NCBI GenBank assembly: GCA_036002955.1
Contig: DASYSX010000039.1
Location: forward strand, 1 to 38,001
DNA from: Candidatus Udaeobacter sp.
Lineage (GTDB): Bacteria > Verrucomicrobiota > Verrucomicrobiia > Chthoniobacterales > UBA10450
Reading direction: 5' to 3'
DNA: 38,001 nucleotides
How positions within the stretch are numbered: the stretch's first letter is position 1; each line of letters starts with the position of its first letter. The notes below the pieces were generated by a model. That model was not told where the DNA came from. It saw only the letters and a list, made by a program, of their open reading frames with translations, and ran no database searches. Below are positions 8,585 to 17,360 of this stretch, in pieces. The position numbers and the translations under genes were made by a program.

Positions 8585-9604
8585 ATGAAAAAACGCCAAA
8601 CGAAAAAGCTCACGCCCGCACGCCTTCAGCAGTTCGGGTTCGCTTACGCGCCGCCGTTCATCATCAGCGCGGCCGTGAACAACAAAGTTTTTGATACATT
8701 AGAGGCCGGACCAAAAACGGTTGAGCAAGTGAAAAAACAAACTGGCGCGTCCGCGCGAGGGTTGCGTGTAATCATGGACGCGCTTGTCGGCTTGGAACTG
8801 CTGAAGAAAGATCGGCAATCGAGATACTCTCTAACCCCAGAGAGCCAGGCATTTCTTATCACCGAAAAACCTGCCACGCTTGCCGGGTTTTTCGGATCGA
8901 TTTTGCCGTTAATGATTTCACGTTGGCTGCGGCTGACCGATATTGTGCGCGACGGACAACCGGCTGTCGCCGTGAACCAGGAAACCGAGGGCACTGAATT
9001 TTTCAGCCAACTTGTAGAGACGATCATCCCAATGAGCTATCCCGCCGCGCAGAAGCTTGCCGATCACCTGAAAATCGCGAAGGCCAAGCAGCAGGTGCGC
9101 GTAATCGACATAGCGGCCGGTTCCGGCATCTGGGGAATCGCGATGGCTCAGAAATCGCCGCATGTGCGAGTGACCGCCGTCGATTGGCCGCGAATGATAC
9201 CCACAACGAAACGCATCACAGAAAAATTTGGCGTGCGCGATCGTTTCGATTTCGTCGAGGGCGATCTTTCAGAGGCGAAGTTTGGCAGCGGCCACCATCT
9301 CGCGACGCTGGGGCACATTCTGCACAGCGAAGGCGAACAACGTAGTCGTCAATTGCTCAAGAAAACTTTTCGAGCCTTAAAGTCCGGCGGCACAATCGCG
9401 ATAGCAGACTGGCTGGTGAGTGACGATCGCACAAAGCCGTTTCCACCGCTGATGTTTTCGGTGCAAATGCTCGTGAATACCGAAAAAGGCGACACGTTCA
9501 GTTTTAACGAAATCAAAAACTGGCTGGAAGACGCCGGCTTTAAGAGAGTGCGCAAACTCGAAGCGCCGGGACCGTCGCCGATCATTCTGGCAACAAAACC
9601 GTAG
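8585..9604 (+). CDS. SAM-dependent O-methyltransferase (family 2 type with N-terminal dimerisation/winged-helix domain)
   Basis: SAM motif I VIDIAAGSGIWGIAMA plus downstream FDFVEGDL and GGTIAIADW. I chose the start at ATG 8585 (MKKRQTKKL...). Confidence 0.75.
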   Translation: MKKRQTKKLTPARLQQFGFAYAPPFIISAAVNNKVFDTLEAGPKTVEQVKKQTGASARGLRVIMDALVGLELLKKDRQSRYSLTPESQAFLITEKPATLAGFFGSILPLMISRWLRLTDIVRDGQPAVAVNQETEGTEFFSQLVETIIPMSYPAAQKLADHLKIAKAKQQVRVIDIAAGSGIWGIAMAQKSPHVRVTAVDWPRMIPTTKRITEKFGVRDRFDFVEGDLSEAKFGSGHHLATLGHILHSEGEQRSRQLLKKTFRALKSGGTIAIADWLVSDDRTKPFPPLMFSVQMLVNTEKGDTFSFNEIKNWLEDAGFKRVRKLEAPGPSPIILATKP

Positions 9605-9662
9605 CAGTGGCGAATTACGAATCTGCTTCTCATCCGCGCCTCGAACTGTTTTCATTTACTAG

Positions 9663-10139
9663 ATGAAAAAATCGAAAACGAAGTCGCGCTCAGCACCAAA
9701 AGTCCGACCCGCGGCAAGAAATTCCGAGCGAAATGTTCCCTACCGTAAACCGGCGCTTCGCAGCGACGCCTTCGCCAGGGCTCTGATCGATGCAAAAGCG
9801 TGTCTTAACGATTCTGCGACTCTGTTGGCGCTTTTCAACGACGCAGCGAAAAAGGCAGCGGCAGTGCCGAGGGAACCGTTCAAAGAATATTGGCCTTACC
9901 TGCAAACCATGCTGCGATTAGTGCGCGCCTATCATCGCGGCGAATACGATCGAATTCCTGACAACTCACTGTTGTGGATTGTTGCTGCGCTCAGTTATCT
10001 GATTGATCCATTCGATTTGATTCCGGACGCAACGCCGGTCCTCGGCTTCGTCGACGATGCGACCGTCATCGAGTTTGTCACCGACAAAAGCCGCCAAACG
10101 CTGGACGATTTCATGATGTGGGAAACCGCCGCACTGTAG
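9663..10139 (+). CDS. DUF1232 (YkvA-like) family protein
   Basis: 158 aa. The LSYLIDPFDLIPDATPVLGFVDDATVI segment is the DUF1232 signature as I remember it. Confidence 0.65.
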   Translation: MKKSKTKSRSAPKVRPAARNSERNVPYRKPALRSDAFARALIDAKACLNDSATLLALFNDAAKKAAAVPREPFKEYWPYLQTMLRLVRAYHRGEYDRIPDNSLLWIVAALSYLIDPFDLIPDATPVLGFVDDATVIEFVTDKSRQTLDDFMMWETAAL

Positions 10140-10185
10140 GCGACACAATTTGTGAGCCGCTCGCACGGGCGAGGTGGTTGCAGGA

Positions 10186-11526
10186 TTAAACCATTAGCAG
10201 CGCCGGGTTTTCCAGCAGGTGCCGCAATTCCTTGAGATAATCGGCGCCGAGCGCGCCGTCGATGACGCGATGGTCGCAGCTCATCGTTATGGACATGCGA
10301 TGACCGACCATCACTTGATCGCAGTCGTCAACGACCGGGATTTTCGCGAGTTTGCCCACAGCGAGAATAAACCCCTGGGGCGGATTGATAACCGCGGAGA
10401 AACTGTCGATGCCCAGACCGCCGAGGTTTGAGACGGTGAATGTGCCGCCCTGAAATTCTTCCGGTTTCATTCTCTTGTTACGGGCGCGATGCGCGAGATC
10501 CTTCGCTAACGAGCTAATCTCGCGAAGCGATTTGTCTTGCGCCGCGCGAACGACCGGTGTCAGCAGTCCGTCGTCAATCGCAACCGCAACGCCGAGATCG
10601 ACGTCCGCGTACTGAACAATTGCGTCGTTGTCGAATGAAGCATTCACACGCGGCACCTTCACTGCAGCCATCACTGCGGCTTTCAAAACAAAATCGTTCA
10701 CCGTGATCTTCGCTGCATCCGCGCCTTCGCCCGCGGATTTCAATTCCTCGCGTGCCTCCATGAGCGGCCCCGCATTAATGTCGATCGTGAGATAGAAGTG
10801 TGGAACTGGACCGAGACTTTCGACGAGCCGTTGCGCGATGACTTTGCGCATGCCAGAAAGTTGAATCCGCGTTGACGTTGGAGCCGGGACGCCCTCGTCC
10901 CGATCACGTCCGACGCGGGGACGCGCCGGCTCTACGGATTTCATTTTCCCCGCAGCGCGGACGTCGGTTTCGGTGACACGTCCGTCCGGGCCTGTTCCTT
11001 TTACCGTGGAAAGATCAACACCCAATTCCCCGGCGAGCCGGCGGGCAACAGGCGACGCTTTCACGCGGGGTTCTTCGGATTTCTGTTCTCTCGCCTGAGG
11101 CTTTTGTGGTGTCGTCTCAACTTGGGCGGCTGGCACAGGTGCCCCTGCATTTTTTTTCTGCGGCGGCGCAGTTTCTGTTTCTGCGGTCTCTGCCGGGGCA
11201 GGTTTTTCTGTTTCTGCTTGCGGCTTCTCTTCTGACACGGCTTCCGTCTTCTTTTTCCGCGCTGGCGTCTCCTCTTTCGGTGCGTCCTCACCTTGCCCGC
11301 GGATGAACCCGATTTTATCGCCGACATTCACCTTGCCGCCTTCCGGCACATAAATTTCGGTGAGCGTTCCGTCCTCAGGTGACTCCCATTCCATGGTCGC
11401 CTTGTCCGTTTCGATCTCGGCGAGCACTTCGCCAGCCGAGACCTGATCACCCTTCTTTTTTTTCCATGCGACAAGAGTGCCTTCGGTCATCGTGTCGCTC
11501 AGTTTTGGCATCTGGATTTCAGGCAT
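10186..11526 (-). CDS. pdhC: Dihydrolipoamide acetyltransferase (E2) of a pyruvate/2-oxoacid dehydrogenase complex
   Basis: Single lipoyl domain (EIETDKATMEWESPEDG), a long Pro/Ala/Glu/Lys linker, an E3-binding segment (ASPVARRLAGELGVDL), and a catalytic domain ending in MSCDHRVIDGA. Confidence 0.9.
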   Translation of the reverse strand: MPEIQMPKLSDTMTEGTLVAWKKKKGDQVSAGEVLAEIETDKATMEWESPEDGTLTEIYVPEGGKVNVGDKIGFIRGQGEDAPKEETPARKKKTEAVSEEKPQAETEKPAPAETAETETAPPQKKNAGAPVPAAQVETTPQKPQAREQKSEEPRVKASPVARRLAGELGVDLSTVKGTGPDGRVTETDVRAAGKMKSVEPARPRVGRDRDEGVPAPTSTRIQLSGMRKVIAQRLVESLGPVPHFYLTIDINAGPLMEAREELKSAGEGADAAKITVNDFVLKAAVMAAVKVPRVNASFDNDAIVQYADVDLGVAVAIDDGLLTPVVRAAQDKSLREISSLAKDLAHRARNKRMKPEEFQGGTFTVSNLGGLGIDSFSAVINPPQGFILAVGKLAKIPVVDDCDQVMVGHRMSITMSCDHRVIDGALGADYLKELRHLLENPALLMV

Positions 11527-11544
11527 AATTACAACTGAAGGTTT

Positions 11545-12528
11545 TTACGCGTAGCAGACCCGTTTCACTGCGGTCACGAGTTTTTCAGCGTTTGGCAGGA
11601 CAGCATGTTCCAGGTGTTCATTGTATGGCATCGGAATGTCTTCCTGTGACACGCGCAGAACCGGCGCATCCAGCTCGTCGAAAATCTCCTTTTGAATCCG
11701 ATAGCAAATTTCTGCGCCGACACCGCAGAACGGATGGTCCTGTTCAACAATCACCACACGATGCGTCTTGGCGACAGAGTCGAAGATCGCCTTCTCGTCC
11801 AGCGGCTTAATCGAGCGCAGATCAATGATCTCTGCGGAAATGTTTTCCTCTTCTAGTTGCGCCGCGACCTTCAGCGCGATCGGAACCGTCTGTGCGTAAC
11901 AAACGACGGTGACATCGCTGCCTTCGCGTTTCACCTCCGCTTCACCCAACGGAATAAGCAATTCTTCATCGGGCGGCTCGACCATTCCTTTGGAGCTGTA
12001 AAGCAGTTCCGCTTCGAGGACTAACACCGGGTTGTCGTCGCGCACCGCAGTTTTTAACAAGCCCTTGGCATCGCGCGGCGTCGCTGGTGTACAAACTTTC
12101 AGGCCGGGAACACTGGCATAAAGATTCTCTGTGGCGTGCGAATGCGTCGCTCCAAGTTGATGCGCGGGACCGTTCGGTCCACGGAACGTAATCGGGATAT
12201 TAAATTGGCCGCCGGACATCATGAACATGTTTGGCGCATTGTTCACCACCTGGTCGAAAGCCACGAGCGAAAAGCTGAATGTCATGAATTCAATAATTGG
12301 GCGCAGCCCGACCATCGCCGCGCCAATGCCCAAACCGGCAAACCCGTTTTCGCTAATCGGGGTATCGATGATGCGTCTCGGGCCGAAGCGCTCCAGCAAT
12401 CCAGCGCTCACTTTGTACGCTCCCTGATATTCAGCCACTTCCTCTCCCATTAGGAAAACGTTCGGGTCACGCTCGATCTCTTCAGCGAGCGCTTCATTCA
12501 ACGCCTGGCGATACGTAATTTCTCTCAT
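11545..12528 (-). CDS. pdhB: Pyruvate dehydrogenase E1 component, beta subunit
   Basis: 327 aa. MREITYRQALNEALAEEIERD..., VFLMGEEVAEYQGAYKV and DTPISENGFAGLGIGAA are typical of heterotetrameric E1 beta. 4-nt overlap with pdhA. Confidence 0.9.
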   Translation of the reverse strand: MREITYRQALNEALAEEIERDPNVFLMGEEVAEYQGAYKVSAGLLERFGPRRIIDTPISENGFAGLGIGAAMVGLRPIIEFMTFSFSLVAFDQVVNNAPNMFMMSGGQFNIPITFRGPNGPAHQLGATHSHATENLYASVPGLKVCTPATPRDAKGLLKTAVRDDNPVLVLEAELLYSSKGMVEPPDEELLIPLGEAEVKREGSDVTVVCYAQTVPIALKVAAQLEEENISAEIIDLRSIKPLDEKAIFDSVAKTHRVVIVEQDHPFCGVGAEICYRIQKEIFDELDAPVLRVSQEDIPMPYNEHLEHAVLPNAEKLVTAVKRVCYA

Positions 12529-13571
12529 GCGCTTCTTTGAGATGGAGCCGGCTCGCCATCGCGCCGCTCTTCTACCGCGGGCTGAGGGCGGTCCGTCTCC
12601 ATCGCTCCATTGAAATACACGTAATCGTGGAGTTTCCCGACTGGTAGCTCCACACTTTCTTCGGCGAACTTTACTGCGGCCAGCACAGCTTCCTTGGCGC
12701 GCTTGTCCAGCTGATCGAACCGTTCGTTGGTCAATTTTCCCTCGCGGGTAAGCTGCGCGCGTAGACGAATGATCGGATCATCAAGACGATATTTCTCCAG
12801 TTCGTCTTTAGTCCGGTAACTTGCAGGATCAGACATGGAATGGCCGCGATAACGATACGTGCGCACCTCTAAAAACGCCGGATGTGATTCTTTGCGGATG
12901 GATTCGGCAACTTCAGCGACTTTGTCGCGCACCTCGCGGAAGTTCATTCCATCGACGATCTCGCCGGGAATATCGTAACCCTCCGCGCGATCCACGATCT
13001 GCTTGAGCGATGTTGATCGTTTCACCGATGTGCCCATGGCGAAAAGATTGTTCTCGCAAATGAAAATGATCGGCAGCTTGTACAACGCGGCGAGATTCAA
13101 GGCTTCGTGGAACGATCCTTGATTGATCGCGCCGTCGCCGAAGAAGCAAAGCGTGACTCGATCTTCGCCCCGGTACTTGATTGCAAACGCCAACCCAACT
13201 CCCAATGGGACATGCGCGGCGACTATCGCGTGGCCGCCGTACATGTTGTGTCGCTTGTCAAAAAAATGCATCGACCCACCGAGGCCGCGCGAGCAGCCGG
13301 TCTCTTTTCCAAAGAGCTCCGCCATGCATGCGTTCACACTTGTGCCACGAGCCAGGGCATGCCCGTGATCACGGTAAGCAGTAATTACGTAATCATCCGG
13401 CCGCACGGCAGCGATTGCCCCGACCACGACGGCTTCCTGTCCAATGTAAAGGTGGCAAAAACCGCCAATCTTCTGCGCTTGATACTGCTGACTGGCGCGT
13501 TCTTCAAAGCGCCGGATCAACAGCATTAGCGAGAGCATCTCGACTTCGTCGCGCTGCTCCACCGGCTGCAT
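12525..13571 (-). CDS. pdhA: Pyruvate dehydrogenase E1 component, alpha subunit
   Basis: 348 aa. Has the E1-alpha motifs GFCHLYIGQEA and YRDHGHALARG, the TPP-binding block FFGDGAINQGSFHEALNLAALYKLPIIFICENN, and YRYRGHSMSDP. Confidence 0.9.
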   Translation of the reverse strand: MQPVEQRDEVEMLSLMLLIRRFEERASQQYQAQKIGGFCHLYIGQEAVVVGAIAAVRPDDYVITAYRDHGHALARGTSVNACMAELFGKETGCSRGLGGSMHFFDKRHNMYGGHAIVAAHVPLGVGLAFAIKYRGEDRVTLCFFGDGAINQGSFHEALNLAALYKLPIIFICENNLFAMGTSVKRSTSLKQIVDRAEGYDIPGEIVDGMNFREVRDKVAEVAESIRKESHPAFLEVRTYRYRGHSMSDPASYRTKDELEKYRLDDPIIRLRAQLTREGKLTNERFDQLDKRAKEAVLAAVKFAEESVELPVGKLHDYVYFNGAMETDRPQPAVEERRDGEPAPSQRSA

Positions 13572-13577
13572 AATCAG

Positions 13578-14174
13578 TTATCCGGTGGCAACAGGACGCA
13601 ACTCCGAAGCGCTTTCCCGCGATCGCCCCATGCTTCGGCCGGCGTTCATGCAAACGATAAAAAGACCGGTAAAAATTAAATCGCTAACGAGTGAATTGCG
13701 GAAAAACATCCAAGTCGGTGTCGCGCTGTATTGAGGCAAACCAATGGTCAGCGACTGAATCAGCCCGGCGAAATTTTTCGCGTACCCAGGGTCGCTCAAC
13801 CACGAGAACGTATTCGTGACGACGTAGAACATCGTGGAAGCAACGATCGATGCAGGCAAAAGCGTCTTCAGTGACGCTCGGCTCTGCAAAAGAAGTCCGA
13901 GGCATCCGACGAGCGCCAGCGCGCCGTAACGGACGAGAATCTGCGGATCGAGCAGCGGCGCGCCATAGCGAACATTAATGATGACGTCGGAAATTAACAA
14001 CGTCAGCAGCGGCACCGAGAACTTGTATTTTCTGGGGAAATAAGCAGCGCTACACAAAGCAATCGCGGCGAGTGGCGCGAAGTTAGAAAGCCAGCCCGCT
14101 CCGGAATGAATCAGTAAACCTGTCGTGACGCGATAAACGACGACTGACAAGACGAGTAGAAGCGCGGGAATCAT
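13578..14174 (-). CDS. Polytopic membrane protein, DUF6580-like putative transporter
   Basis: 198 aa, about 5-6 hydrophobic spans. The NFAPLAAIALCSAAYFPRK and FYVVTNTFSWL segments resemble what I recall of DUF6580, which is a memory-based assignment. It ends 7 nt upstream of pdhA on the same strand. Confidence 0.5.
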   Translation of the reverse strand: MIPALLLVLSVVVYRVTTGLLIHSGAGWLSNFAPLAAIALCSAAYFPRKYKFSVPLLTLLISDVIINVRYGAPLLDPQILVRYGALALVGCLGLLLQSRASLKTLLPASIVASTMFYVVTNTFSWLSDPGYAKNFAGLIQSLTIGLPQYSATPTWMFFRNSLVSDLIFTGLFIVCMNAGRSMGRSRESASELRPVATG

Positions 14175-14224
14175 TCCACAGAATCTATCCGGTCACTGAG
14201 TATTGCAACGAGCATTTGGAACTC

Positions 14225-14306
14225 GTCATTCCGAGCGCAGTGGAGGAATCCCGTAGCACGACTGAAAGTGAACTTTCGCGGATCCTTCGACTCCGCTGAG
14301 GGTGGC
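14225..14306. repeat. GTCATTCCGAGC...type palindromic element, copy A (degenerate right arm)
   Basis: gtcattccgagcgcagtggaggaatcccg...cgcggatccttcgactccgctgagggtggc. It shares gtcattccgagc and ggatccttcgactccgct with copy C. It lies between rpsT and the DUF6580-like gene. Confidence 0.65.
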
Positions 14307-14313
14307 AACCTGT

Positions 14314-14562
14314 TTATTTCGCCGCGGAAAGCGTCTTGTTCAGCCGCGCCTTGTGACGATTGGCGGCGTTGCGGTGAATGACTCCACCTTTGGCTGCTTT
14401 GTCGATAGCAGAAATCGCCGCGCGGATCTGTTCGGGCGTTCGCTCGGACGCTAAACGGATTTGCTTTTGCTGTCTGCGCAGGTGCGTCTTAACGCTTCGG
14501 TTATGCGCCGCTCGTTTGATCGTCTGTCGGGCACGTTTACCGGCTGATTTAGTGTTGGCCAT
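14314..14562 (-). CDS. rpsT: 30S ribosomal protein S20
   Basis: 82 aa, MANTKSAGKRARQTIKRAAHNRSVKTHLRR... Basic and helical with the canonical bS20 N-terminus. Confidence 0.9.
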   Translation of the reverse strand: MANTKSAGKRARQTIKRAAHNRSVKTHLRRQQKQIRLASERTPEQIRAAISAIDKAAKGGVIHRNAANRHKARLNKTLSAAK

Positions 14563-14598
14563 CGGCTATCAGGAAGTTATTGAACGAACTCTGCGCTT

Positions 14599-15522
14599 TT
14601 ATAAGCGTTTGTTCGTTGCGAGTTTCGCTTTTTGCCGGGCGCCGGCAAGAGTTCCAGCCGTCCGCATTTGTTCCACGCTGAGTGAGCTGGAAGGTGGCAT
14701 CGCAAGCATGGCGGCACTTATCTGCGGAGGCGGCTGCGGCGTTACGTTTGCAGCCTTCGCGGCAGTTATCTCTGCTGGCGGCTGCGCCGTTACCTTTGCA
14801 ACTTTCGTGGCTGCTATCTGCGGTGGCGCCTGCGCTATCTTTGCACCCTTCGGGGGAGTTATCTGCGATGCTGGCTCCTGCGTTACCCTTGCGAGATTTG
14901 TGGAGGCTATCGGCGCCGGCGACGTTGTGTTTGTAGCGACTACACCGCCGCTCATTTCCTGACGCGGCTTCATTTTTTCCATTTTTGGCAACCGGTCAGG
15001 AATAATCTGCACTACAGCTCCGACTGGAAGTTGGTCGTAAAGCTCGGCGACGTCCTTCGATTTCATGCGGATGCAGCCGTAACTTGCCGGGCGACCAATT
15101 TTGTTTTCCTCGGGCGTGCCGTGAATATAAATGCAACGTTGAAACGCATGCGCGTTCTGCGCTTCGAGTCCGCGCAGCCAGATGATGCGCGTGGTAATCG
15201 GGTCGCGACCAGGGGCGTTGGGCTGAAGAACTTCACCAGTCAACCGCCGCTTATGAAAAACAGCGCCGACTGGCACGTTGTCACCGATCTTTTTTTCCAC
15301 CGCCAGATAACCGAGTGGAGTGGTCATTCGTCCCCACGCGTCGCCCAAGCCGAACATCGACGTTGATATCGGATACGTCGCCACTTTGCTGCCATTGCGC
15401 AAAAGCACCAGTTTCTGATCACGGACACTAATGATCACCTGGTTCGAAGTGTCTAGTGGCGCGATCGCAAACGCGGAGGTAACTGAGACTATACTAAAAA
15501 TGAATGCAACGGGCCTAAGCAT
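14599..15522 (-). CDS. L,D-transpeptidase (YkuD domain) with repetitive Ala/Pro/Gln/Lys C-terminal tail
   Basis: Signal peptide MLRPVAFIFSIVSVTSAFA and YkuD catalytic context IYIHGT...ASYGCIRMKSKDVAELYD. The C-terminal ~65 aa are four degenerate ~15-aa repeats. Confidence 0.85.
   Translation of the reverse strand: MLRPVAFIFSIVSVTSAFAIAPLDTSNQVIISVRDQKLVLLRNGSKVATYPISTSMFGLGDAWGRMTTPLGYLAVEKKIGDNVPVGAVFHKRRLTGEVLQPNAPGRDPITTRIIWLRGLEAQNAHAFQRCIYIHGTPEENKIGRPASYGCIRMKSKDVAELYDQLPVGAVVQIIPDRLPKMEKMKPRQEMSGGVVATNTTSPAPIASTNLARVTQEPASQITPPKGAKIAQAPPQIAATKVAKVTAQPPAEITAAKAANVTPQPPPQISAAMLAMPPSSSLSVEQMRTAGTLAGARQKAKLATNKRL
14698..14889 (-). repeat. In-frame degenerate tandem repeat (~45 nt period) encoding the L,D-transpeptidase tail
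   Basis: Protein repeats ARVTQEPASQITPPKG / AKIAQAPPQIAATKV / AKVTAQPPAEITAAKA / ANVTPQPPPQISAAML. The DNA shows recurring ...atctgcgg.ggcg.ctgcg..gttacc/ctttgca... units. Confidence 0.7.
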
Positions 15523-15555
15523 TGGCCGAATCTTTTACTCGACAATTGCGATTTG

Positions 15556-17061
15556 TCACGCGGGAATTGTGGCCCGCGCCCGTGAATTGCCAAGATTAAA
15601 TTTTGACCAACCACTCAAGAAGGAGCTGAGACACACGTACAGAAATCCTGCCTGAAACATTACCAAAAACGGCACCGACAAAAATTGCCGATGCATAATG
15701 GCATAGACTACGAAGTAGCTAAAATAGATGGCAAATGCCAGCTCCGCGAGGGGGAGCGCCGACTTGAGCGGCCGGTACTTACAGCTCCGCCATGGCTGTG
15801 ACTTGCGTTCGATTCCGTACTTTGGCGTCCGCGTGAAATCGGATTGGTGGTTGATCATCGCTTCGAGCACAGCTCGTGCGTTGTTAAGCGAGAGACCAAT
15901 TCCTAATGCAAGCAAACATGGGAGAAAAAGCAGATCTTTGATCCACGTTCGGGGATACAACTCGCGCTGGGCACAAATGTAAAAAAGTCCGACCGAGGCC
16001 GATGCTGCGAGAAACATCGGAATATCGACTAGCAGTGTGCGAAGCCAGCCAACTGGAGGTCCACCAGTGGCAGGATATAAAAGGACGCAAAGCATTGCCA
16101 GCAGCAGGTATGCGAAATTCGACATCAGGTGCCCGGTCGCTTCCAGCTTTATTCGAAAGGGCAAATGGCTGCGCCAAACGCTCGGCAACAATTTCTTGCA
16201 GGTCTGGACTGAACCTTTCGTCCAGCGATGCTGCTGAGACTTGAACCCATTCATATCCACCGGCAGTTCCGCCGGAGTAACCACGTCGGAGAGATAAATG
16301 AACTTCCAGCCGGCGAGTTGCGCTCGATAGCTCAGATCGAGGTCCTCACACAACGTATCGTGCTGCCACCCCCCGCTCTGTTCGATACATGAACGGCGCC
16401 ATAAACCAGCTGTCCCGTTGAAATTAAAAAAGCGGCCGCTGCGGCTACGCGCGATTTGCTCAAGCAAAAGATGTCCATCCAAAAATATCGCCTGCATGCG
16501 TGTGAGCAATGAATAGCCGCGATTCAAATGTCCCCATCGCGTTTGAATCATTCCTACAGTTGGATCGGTAAAGAAATGAACGGTCCGTTTTAGCAAGTCT
16601 TTCTCCGGAACAAAATCGGCGTCGAGGATGCAAAGAAACTCGCCTTCGGCAGCAGCGGTTCCTCCCGCCAGGGCCCCAGCCTTAAAGCCGGTCCGGTCAG
16701 TACGATGGATTCGCTGGACGTTGAAACCTCGCCCGCGCAATTCCTCAGCACAGGCTGCAGTGATATCGCGTGTTTCATCCGTTGAATCGTCGAGCACCTG
16801 GATTTGCAGAAGCTCCTGCGGATAATCGAGTTCGCTTACGGAACGGAGCAGCCGCTCGGCAACATAAACTTCATTGAAAATCGGTAACTGCACCGTCACC
16901 TTCGGGAGTTTCTCAAAGTAGCGGGCCGGAACCGGCGGCCGCTTACGATTTTTCAAATACAAATAAATGATGAAATAGCGATGGATCCCATAAGCAGAAA
17001 GCCCGAGGAGCACGCTTAAGTAACAGGTCGACCAGATAATATGTCCGATGCTTTCTTGCAT
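15556..17061 (-). CDS. Processive family-2 glycosyltransferase (cellulose-synthase-like / CslA-like)
   Basis: 501 aa with N- and C-terminal TM spans. GT2 D,D,D,QxxRW series: VLDDSTDET, ILDADF, CEDLDLSYR, QQHRWTKG. Confidence 0.85.
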   Translation of the reverse strand: MQESIGHIIWSTCYLSVLLGLSAYGIHRYFIIYLYLKNRKRPPVPARYFEKLPKVTVQLPIFNEVYVAERLLRSVSELDYPQELLQIQVLDDSTDETRDITAACAEELRGRGFNVQRIHRTDRTGFKAGALAGGTAAAEGEFLCILDADFVPEKDLLKRTVHFFTDPTVGMIQTRWGHLNRGYSLLTRMQAIFLDGHLLLEQIARSRSGRFFNFNGTAGLWRRSCIEQSGGWQHDTLCEDLDLSYRAQLAGWKFIYLSDVVTPAELPVDMNGFKSQQHRWTKGSVQTCKKLLPSVWRSHLPFRIKLEATGHLMSNFAYLLLAMLCVLLYPATGGPPVGWLRTLLVDIPMFLAASASVGLFYICAQRELYPRTWIKDLLFLPCLLALGIGLSLNNARAVLEAMINHQSDFTRTPKYGIERKSQPWRSCKYRPLKSALPLAELAFAIYFSYFVVYAIMHRQFLSVPFLVMFQAGFLYVCLSSFLSGWSKFNLGNSRARATIPA

Positions 17062-17360
17062 GGAGATTGCTATGGCTGCGAATAGATGACGCAGTCAGGC
17101 CGACATGATGCTAATTCCATCAGTTGCGTCAATCCAAAAATCAAACGGCTGCCGGTGAAACGCCGTCACATCGTGTTGATATACAGCACTCTCTTATCGG
17201 TTCGCAATTGCGACGCCAATCGGTTTGGCGATATCGCTGTTCTCCGGGGACTGTGCATCTGAAAATCGGCCGACTCTCCGGCGGCAATTCCTCCTTGCCT
17301 CAGACGAGCAGCAGGTTGACGGTGGCTCAGTCGGTTTTCTGCTGAACACCGGCGTTTTTA

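Noticed and set aside
8450-8613. Mutually overlapping long starts of dgt (8613) and the methyltransferase (8450)
   Set aside because: The two extensions overlap each other on opposite strands. The internal ATGs at 8499 and 8585 give sensible N-termini and leave an 85-nt divergent promoter region.
11061-11327. Arg/Lys-rich 88-aa alternative-frame ORF inside pdhC
   Set aside because: It is a frame-shifted reading of the purine-rich E2 linker region, while the E2 frame is continuous and motif-rich.
14378-14962. 194-aa plus-strand Cys/Ala/Gly-rich ORF
   Set aside because: It is antisense to rpsT and to the repetitive tail of the L,D-transpeptidase. Its internal repeats are just the complement of the real coding repeats.
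17088-17130. Hairpin gacgca...tgatg-ctaattc-catca..tgcgtc in the GT2 / histidine-kinase divergent region, considered as a c-di-GMP or other riboswitch
   Set aside because: It has only 6+5 bp with a large asymmetric internal loop, and I could not recognise any GEMM-type conserved nucleotides.
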